Shown here piece by piece: positions 58,212 to 64,000 of a DNA stretch of 64,000 nucleotides. The first letter of the stretch is position 1. Every line of letters starts with the position of its first letter. The notes beneath the pieces are model-generated. The model searched no databases, was not told where the DNA came from, and saw only the letters and a program-made list of their open reading frames with translations. The position numbers and the translations under genes are program-made. The DNA comes from Pseudomonadota bacterium (lineage in GTDB: Bacteria; Bdellovibrionota; UBA1018; CAIMNF01): the NCBI GenBank assembly GCA_027488515.1, contig JAIYBN010000003.1:14752-78751 (forward strand). Direction: 5' to 3'.

Positions 58212-60965
58212 TCACTGCAGTTTCCGAATCCCTTGACCGGTCGGAAGGTACAGGGCGCCATCGGGCAGGAAGGGGAGGTTCACGAAGTACCCGAGGGGAG
58301 ATGTTCCGGATTGATGGAGGCCCCCGTTCATGTCCACCACGGCAGGGGAGTTTTGAGTGGTTCCGTTCAATGAAGAGACGATCCCGTTGTCGAGGTCCAC
58401 TTCCCTGAGTCCGTATTGGTCGTCCACATACAGATAGTAGGAGCTCATGTCATTCCGGAAGGCGAGTCCCCGGATGTTCGCAAACGTGGCCGAGGGAAGG
58501 GGGCCGTCGAACACCATTCCCGGAGATGCTTGCCCGGTCAACGTTGAAACCATGCCTCCCATCGTATCAAAGGTCCGGATGGTGAATTGGTCGCTGACCG
58601 CCAGTTGGGAACCTGTACCGAAAACCACCAGTCCCGAGATCCAGGTGAAACGGGCTCCGGTCCCGACGCCATCCTGGGTTCCGGAAGCGGTGCTGCCGGC
58701 CACTGTCGTGACTGCATGGGTGGACAGGTTGAGTTTCCGGATCGAGAATCCGTCCGCAAAAAAGAGGTCTGTACCGAGGACTGCCATGGCGCCCGGGTTC
58801 GACAGGACTGCAGCGGTCCCGATGCCGTCTGTGGCAGGACTTCGCGATGCAGAACCGGCCAGTGTCACGACGTCGAGATTCGGGGAAGCAAGATCGACAC
58901 GACGAATCCGACCGCCATCACTGAGGTAAAGGTAGGTTCCCGAAACGACTCCCAAGCCGATTTCGCCACTGAAGCGGGCATCGGTCCCGATTCCGTCTGT
59001 CGGGTTGCAACGATCCGCTGTGTACGGAACGCTTGTCGAGCCTGCCACCAGGCTCACGACTCCAGTGGAGGTGTCCAATTTCCGGATATTGCATGTGGTG
59101 CGATCCGAGACATAGAGGATGTTCCCGTCATGGGCGAGGATGTTCGTGGACCGGCCCTTGAAGTCAGCGGTCGAGGTGCCTCCGTAGTCAAAGCCGTTCG
59201 AGCCCGCGACGGTGGAGAGGATCATGGAGGACAGGTCGATTTTCCGGATCAATGAGTTGGTGGATTGTGCGAAATAAAGGGTGTTTCCCAGGGCTGTCAT
59301 TCCACGCGCACCGGTGATCGACCCGTTGACTTGACTTCCGTCACGACTCGCACCCGTCATGTTCATGAAATGATATTGGGAAGAATACGGATCCAAAGTG
59401 AAGCTGCGAAGGTATTCCGTTTGCGCACTGTTGAATGAGTAGTAGGTGCTTCCGATCGCTACCATGTTTTCCTGGTGGTAAGCGCCGGATTGGATTGTGG
59501 TGACGGTCTGGGTTGCAGGGTTGAGTTCCTTGATCTTCGAGAATTCCCCCAGCACCACATTGCCGTTGCTCCTGACCAGCAAGCCGCCTTGGTTCAGGTT
59601 GAAGCGGGCTGAGGTTCCGACGCCGTCCGCATCTCCAGTCGAGGAGCTGTCTCCGGCAATCAAGCGTGTGTCGAAGGTGTCGAGTTCGATCTTCCAGACA
59701 CTCGAGAGATTGGCGGCGTAAAGCCTGCGGAGGACTGGATCGAGAGTGAGCTGATTCAGGGTGGGAAGTCTGGCTGTGGTTCCCACGCCGTTTGAAGCGC
59801 CAGAGGTCGTGCAGTTTCCCACAATCGTGTCGACGTAGAAGGTTTGGACATCCATCCTTCTGATGCAGGACTGGTTCGCAAAATAAACATAAGCGGCATC
59901 GGCTGCCAGGTCCTGGATGAATCCTCCGCCTTCGGTTCGGAGAAGGGGGCCGTAACCGTCTCGATTCAGGGTCGAAGTGGAGTCAGAGGCGTTGCCCACC
60001 ACCGTGATGACTTGTCCGGTTGCGGGGGTGTAGCGGCGGATTCGTCGGAGATTCTCCAGGATGTAAATGTGGGTGCCGTCATTGGTGAGTTTGCTCGGGC
60101 TCATGAACCGGGCCTGGGTGAGTCCGTCTCCATCGGCGTATCCGTACGGATTCGGTTTCCCCGCCACCTGCGTGAAGGACGAGAATCGACTCGAGAAAGA
60201 AACCTGAGTGGACGCATTCGCTCCAAGCGGGATGTTGCTCACTGTGAGGGTTTCCACCAGGGCCGAGGTGGATCTCAAGTAGAAACTGGCGGAGTGCTGG
60301 GAATGCGGAACAGTGACCGAGGCTGCGGAAACGCCGCAACCCGGATCGGTGAAAAGAGTGGTGGAGGGGCTCAGGGTGAAGTCCACCTGGGTGGACGAGG
60401 TGGTGAGTTCGGGGAGGTGGTCCGAATTGCGGAATTGAATCGTGTAGGGTCCCACACAGGAAGCGATCCTGCCGGCTCGAGGGCCGAGGATGGCGATCTC
60501 CTGGATCGGAGCCGGAATGGGGTTCACGGTGATGGTTCCGGAGGTCAGAGGGGTGCTGGGTGCCGAGGCGCTGAGTACGGGAGCTGCCTCGCCCCGGTTC
60601 GAATAGTAGTAAATCGGAATGTTGCTTTCTCCTGCGTTCAGGAGAACCGTGTTGGTCCGACTGGCGGTGCTGCAGTCCGATGCGGAGTGGAAGGCGCCAT
60701 CACCACTTGTGTTGAGAAGGATCTGCGTTTGCCCCTCCACGGCGCGTTCGTTCGAATACTCGTCCTCCGTCCGGACGGTGAGTGCGGCACAACTACGTGC
60801 GGGAAATGCCGTTTGGCCCGAGATGGAGATCCTTTGGGTTGAAGTTCCGATCAAGGGCCGGTTGCCCGAGTTCGCATTGCCACCAAAGTCGGCAAAGCGC
60901 ATTTTTCCGCATGCGGCCAATGAGAGAGAAAGGAAAATAGTTAATATGCGCGGTAAAGATCTCAA
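58212..60965 (-). CDS. Large surface lipoprotein with Ig-like domains and NHL-like beta-propeller repeats
   Basis: Lipobox LAA-C; repeated DGxGTxARF...LY..D...IRK.D...V.TxAG units. Confidence 0.82.
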   Translation of the reverse strand: MRSLPRILTIFLSLSLAACGKMRFADFGGNANSGNRPLIGTSTQRISISGQTAFPARSCAALTVRTEDEYSNERAVEGQTQILLNTSGDGAFHSASDCSTASRTNTVLLNAGESNIPIYYYSNRGEAAPVLSASAPSTPLTSGTITVNPIPAPIQEIAILGPRAGRIASCVGPYTIQFRNSDHLPELTTSSTQVDFTLSPSTTLFTDPGCGVSAASVTVPHSQHSASFYLRSTSALVETLTVSNIPLGANASTQVSFSSRFSSFTQVAGKPNPYGYADGDGLTQARFMSPSKLTNDGTHIYILENLRRIRRYTPATGQVITVVGNASDSTSTLNRDGYGPLLRTEGGGFIQDLAADAAYVYFANQSCIRRMDVQTFYVDTIVGNCTTSGASNGVGTTARLPTLNQLTLDPVLRRLYAANLSSVWKIELDTFDTRLIAGDSSSTGDADGVGTSARFNLNQGGLLVRSNGNVVLGEFSKIKELNPATQTVTTIQSGAYHQENMVAIGSTYYSFNSAQTEYLRSFTLDPYSSQYHFMNMTGASRDGSQVNGSITGARGMTALGNTLYFAQSTNSLIRKIDLSSMILSTVAGSNGFDYGGTSTADFKGRSTNILAHDGNILYVSDRTTCNIRKLDTSTGVVSLVAGSTSVPYTADRCNPTDGIGTDARFSGEIGLGVVSGTYLYLSDGGRIRRVDLASPNLDVVTLAGSASRSPATDGIGTAAVLSNPGAMAVLGTDLFFADGFSIRKLNLSTHAVTTVAGSTASGTQDGVGTGARFTWISGLVVFGTGSQLAVSDQFTIRTFDTMGGMVSTLTGQASPGMVFDGPLPSATFANIRGLAFRNDMSSYYLYVDDQYGLREVDLDNGIVSSLNGTTQNSPAVVDMNGGLHQSGTSPLGYFVNLPFLPDGALYLPTGQGIRKLQ

Positions 60966-61056
60966 GCCCCCGACCTCCCTTGCTTATTATCTGACAAAGG
61001 GGTTCGTCTGGCCAGAGTGTCCGCCCGGACACCCATTCAGGGTCGGTCAGCCTCAA

Positions 61057-61782
61057 TCAGCCCGTTTTGGGTGATTTTCTCAGGCGAAGATTGAGGATTT
61101 CCACGGTGAGCGAGAAGGCCATGGCGAAGTAAATGTAGCCCTTCGAGATGTGGGCACCGAACCCTTCGCCGACGAGCATGACCCCGATCATGAGCAGGAA
61201 CGACAGGGCCAGGACCTTGATGGTCGGGTGCCGTTCGACAAAATCTCCGATCCCACGGGCGGAAAAAAGCATGATCACCATCGAGATCAGCATGGCCGCG
61301 ATCATCACCGGAACCTGATTCGCCATTCCGACCGCGGTGATGACCGAGTCCAGTGAGAAGACGATATCGAGGAGTAGAATCTGGAAGAGCATGGCTCCGG
61401 GTTTGGGTTGTTTCAGGCGGGGGGTGTTCTCGGCATGGTGGAGGTGAACCTGGGGGTCGCCTTCCAACTTGTGATGAATCTCGAAGGTGGACTTCGCGAT
61501 CAGGAAGAGGCCGCCTCCGAGGAGGATGAGATCACGTCCGGAGAAAGGGCGTCCGAAGGCCTTGAACCAAGGCTGGGTGAGGCTCATGATCCAACTGATG
61601 GACAAGAGCAGGAGTACCCGGATTCCGAGGGCCAGGGTGATTCCGGCGCGACGGACCTTTTCCCGTTGGTGCAAGGGGAGTCGGCCGACCAGGATGGCGA
61701 TGAAGATGATGTTGTCGATGCCGAGAACCGTCTCCATGGCGGTCAGGGTGACCAGGGAGGTGAGGGATTCGAGTGTGAACAT
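61057..61782 (-). CDS. TerC family membrane protein
   Basis: ETVLGIDNIIFI, GGLFLIAKST, LDIVFSLDSVITAVG, KGYIYFAMAFS. Confidence 0.92.
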   Translation of the reverse strand: MFTLESLTSLVTLTAMETVLGIDNIIFIAILVGRLPLHQREKVRRAGITLALGIRVLLLLSISWIMSLTQPWFKAFGRPFSGRDLILLGGGLFLIAKSTFEIHHKLEGDPQVHLHHAENTPRLKQPKPGAMLFQILLLDIVFSLDSVITAVGMANQVPVMIAAMLISMVIMLFSARGIGDFVERHPTIKVLALSFLLMIGVMLVGEGFGAHISKGYIYFAMAFSLTVEILNLRLRKSPKTG

Positions 61783-61940
61783 GGTGAGCTCCTGCCGGCA
61801 GTTTGCACGAGAAGACGGGTGATTTCCAGAAAGAGCGTGACCGGATTCATCTGCGGCGCATTAGAATACTGTTATCCGAATTAATTCTGTTAAAAGAATG
61901 ACGCGTCGCTTCGGATCGTCGATCTCCGATAGGGGGTTGA

Positions 61941-62303
61941 ATGCCCACCTCGAAAAAGAAACGCACACCACGTAAGCCGGTGACTTCGCCTTTCAAGAAG
62001 AACCTTCAGGGATTGATGAAGGAGAAAGGCCTCACCGCAAAGCGAGTTGCCGAACTTTCCGGAGTCAGTCCGACCGTGGTTCAGAACTGGTTGACGGGTT
62101 CTGTGCCCCACAATTTTTTAGCCGTGGCCAGTTTGTCGACCGCTCTCGGTGTCGATTTCCAGTGGCTCCTGACCGGGGTTCACGGAGCGGCACCCACCTT
62201 GAATGCCCTCAGTTTGTCGGAGCTGTTCGAGATCGAGACCGACCCCAGTTTCTCGGGCCTTTTCATGCTCGAGGCGAAGAGGTTGAAGCGGAAGTCGGAG
62301 TGA
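61941..62303 (+). CDS. XRE family HTH transcriptional regulator
   Basis: LMKEKGLTAKRVAELSGVSPTVVQNWLTG...LGVDFQWLLTG. Confidence 0.8.
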   Translation: MPTSKKKRTPRKPVTSPFKKNLQGLMKEKGLTAKRVAELSGVSPTVVQNWLTGSVPHNFLAVASLSTALGVDFQWLLTGVHGAAPTLNALSLSELFEIETDPSFSGLFMLEAKRLKRKSE

Positions 62304-62366
62304 TGGATGGGATCTTGCCTTGAAATGACTGTCCGGTTGAATTGAAGTCTGTTAGTCTCACAACCT

Positions 62367-62675
62367 GTGAAGCGTTGGTTTGCCGGATCACTTGTCCTCC
62401 TTCAGCTTCTCGGGATCACCCTCTCGAGCGTAACGGATCCGTGTGGAGTCGATTGCTGCGATGCGCCTGCTTTGTCGTCTCTTGCGACAGAAGACTCCAA
62501 CCCTGATTCTGATTGTGGATCAAGCTGCGCTTGTGCCTGCTCTTCCTTGGTCAGGGCGCTCCCGGAACGCACCGTTTTCTTTTTCGGTTTTGAAAGTCAC
62601 ACTCACTTTAGTGCCGAGTTTTTCCGGTCACCCGAACCGGATCTCCCCGCATTCCTAGATCCGCCCATCGCCTGA
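62367..62675 (+). CDS. Small Cys-rich exported protein upstream of heavy-metal RND
   Basis: Signal-like N-terminus, DCC...DCGSSCACAC, terminal PP motif, typical of small genes preceding czc/cus operons. Confidence 0.6.
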   Translation: MKRWFAGSLVLLQLLGITLSSVTDPCGVDCCDAPALSSLATEDSNPDSDCGSSCACACSSLVRALPERTVFFFGFESHTHFSAEFFRSPEPDLPAFLDPPIA

Positions 62676-62725
62676 ATCCTGGTTTTCCTCAGGTTTTTTT
62701 GTGCAACCTCTATGAATGAGGGCTT

Positions 62726-64000
62726 ATGTTGGATGCTTTGATCCGGAGCTCGCTCCGGAACCGATGGGTGGTGGTGATGTTCACCGCTGGGTTGGTAGTC
62801 TACGGAGCATGGTCCCTCCGGACTCTGCCGGTGGATGTCTTTCCCGATTTGAACAAACCGACTGTGAACATTCTGACTCCGGTCGAGGGCATGGCCCCCG
62901 AGGAGGTTGAGACTGTCATCACGCGTCCGATCGAGTCCGTGTTGAACGGAACAGCGGGTATCACCCGGATCTATTCCACTTCGATCACCGGACTTTCCGT
63001 GGTCCGGATCGAGTTCGAATGGGGAACGGATTTGCGTTTTGCTCGACTCGCAGTATCCGAGCGAATTCAGCTCGCCCGGTCCCGGATGCCCTCCCACGTC
63101 CAGCCGATCCTTTCGCCCACCTCCTCGATCATGGGGGAGATCTTGATGATCGGGGTATCGAGCGAAGCTTCCGGAAAAGGTGCCGACCTCAGGACATTTG
63201 CAGACTGGACATTGAAGCCGCGTCTCCTCTCCCTTCCGGGAATATCCCAGGTGGTGGTGATCGGTGGGGACCGGCTTCAAGTTCAGGTGCTACTCAATGC
63301 CGATCGACTCAGAAAGAAACAGATCTCGATCGGTGAATTGAGGGACCGTCTCGGGAAGGTCTCCGAGGCCTCCGGCGGGGGTGTGCTGGTCCAAGGTGAG
63401 AAAGAGTGGCTCATCCGGAATTTCGGGAGGATCTTGAATCATGAAGAAATTCCTAACACACCGATCGGACTTCATCGGGGCTACCCGGTTCTGCTCCGCG
63501 ATGTCGCCGAGGTGCGTTTCGCCCCAGCACCCAAGCGGGGGGACGCTTCCATCAATGGAAATCCCGGCGTGATCCTCGTCATTCAAAAGCAGCCGGGAGC
63601 CGACACGCTTGCGCTCACCCGGAAAGTGGATGAAGTGGTGGAATCCATGAAGGGAGCGCTTCTGCAGGGGGTGCGGGTCGACACCGGACTCTTCCGTCAA
63701 GCCGGCTTCATTGAATCTGCGATCGGGAATGTGAAGGAAGCTCTTCGAGACGGTTCGCTCATGGTCGCGATCGTGTTGGTCCTTTTCCTGCTAAACTTCC
63801 GAATGACTTTGATCACGCTGATCGCAATTCCGATTTCGTTGCTGATCACGGCCATTGTGTTCCGCATGTTCGGAGTCGGGGTGAATACAATGACCCTCGG
63901 TGGCCTTGCGATTGCGATCGGGGAGCTGGTTGATGATGCGATCGTCGATGTGGAGAATGTCCATCGGAGGATCAGGGAGAACGCAACAGCACCGGTGAGG
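62726..64000 (+). CDS. czcA: Heavy-metal efflux RND permease (CzcA/CusA family), 3' truncated by window edge
   Basis: Not in ORF track because it runs off the edge; reads MLDALIRSSLRNRW...LPVDVFPDLNKPTV...GMAPEEVE...NTMTLGGLAIAIGELVDDAIVDVEN. Confidence 0.9.
   Translation, partial: MLDALIRSSLRNRWVVVMFTAGLVVYGAWSLRTLPVDVFPDLNKPTVNILTPVEGMAPEEVETVITRPIESVLNGTAGITRIYSTSITGLSVVRIEFEWGTDLRFARLAVSERIQLARSRMPSHVQPILSPTSSIMGEILMIGVSSEASGKGADLRTFADWTLKPRLLSLPGISQVVVIGGDRLQVQVLLNADRLRKKQISIGELRDRLGKVSEASGGGVLVQGEKEWLIRNFGRILNHEEIPNTPIGLHRGYPVLLRDVAEVRFAPAPKRGDASINGNPGVILVIQKQPGADTLALTRKVDEVVESMKGALLQGVRVDTGLFRQAGFIESAIGNVKEALRDGSLMVAIVLVLFLLNFRMTLITLIAIPISLLITAIVFRMFGVGVNTMTLGGLAIAIGELVDDAIVDVENVHRRIRENATAPVR

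Noticed and set aside
61783-61940. Expected yybP-ykoY manganese riboswitch upstream of terC
   Set aside because: The conserved GGGGAGUA-type core is not visible; only an AT-rich GAATTAATTC palindrome is present.
62716-63700. Short ORFs listed at 62716-62910, 63019-63336, 62603-63280 and 63290-63700
   Set aside because: They overlap the real czcA-like frame starting at 62726, which is missing from the track because it runs off the window.

Overview
GC-rich bacterial chromosome segment, most likely from a Bdellovibrionota-like organism. This is an inference from a 277-aa short flagellin, NtrY/NtrX, archaeal/eukaryal-type ProRS, a VKOR-DsbA fusion, a small FliG-like protein and large surface lipoproteins. 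Positions ~1-33 kb are core-like: oppF, phhB, SDR, pruA, M32 peptidase, ntrXY, proS, pyrF, rlmB, tatD, VKOR-DsbA, ccdA-like, oppA, dksA, glmU, pcrA/uvrD, gatCAB, asmA, ppx, zapA-ygfA-ymdB, a pseudouridine synthase, a pilin and a flagellin. Positions ~33-64 kb are accessory-like. They hold outer-membrane barrels, metal transporters (CDF, TerC, CzcA), a collapsed SqrR/BigR-TolC-RND-DUF2892 operon and a GH16 enzyme with six unrecognised Cys/Trp-rich repeats. They also hold a phosphate-starvation cluster (Pit, PHP, PhoB, sensor-less PhoR, OlsB/OlsA, M14 peptidase) with three Pho-box-like sites, a CarH-type B12 regulator sharing one palindrome with folE plus a DASH cryptochrome, and two large lipoproteins sharing an N-terminal CGxxRxADFG motif and an upstream palindrome. 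Many genes look leaderless (-10 hexamer 6-8 nt before the start codon). I recognised no rRNA, tRNA, CRISPR array, integrase or transposase. All calls come from motif reading by eye; no database searches were run.
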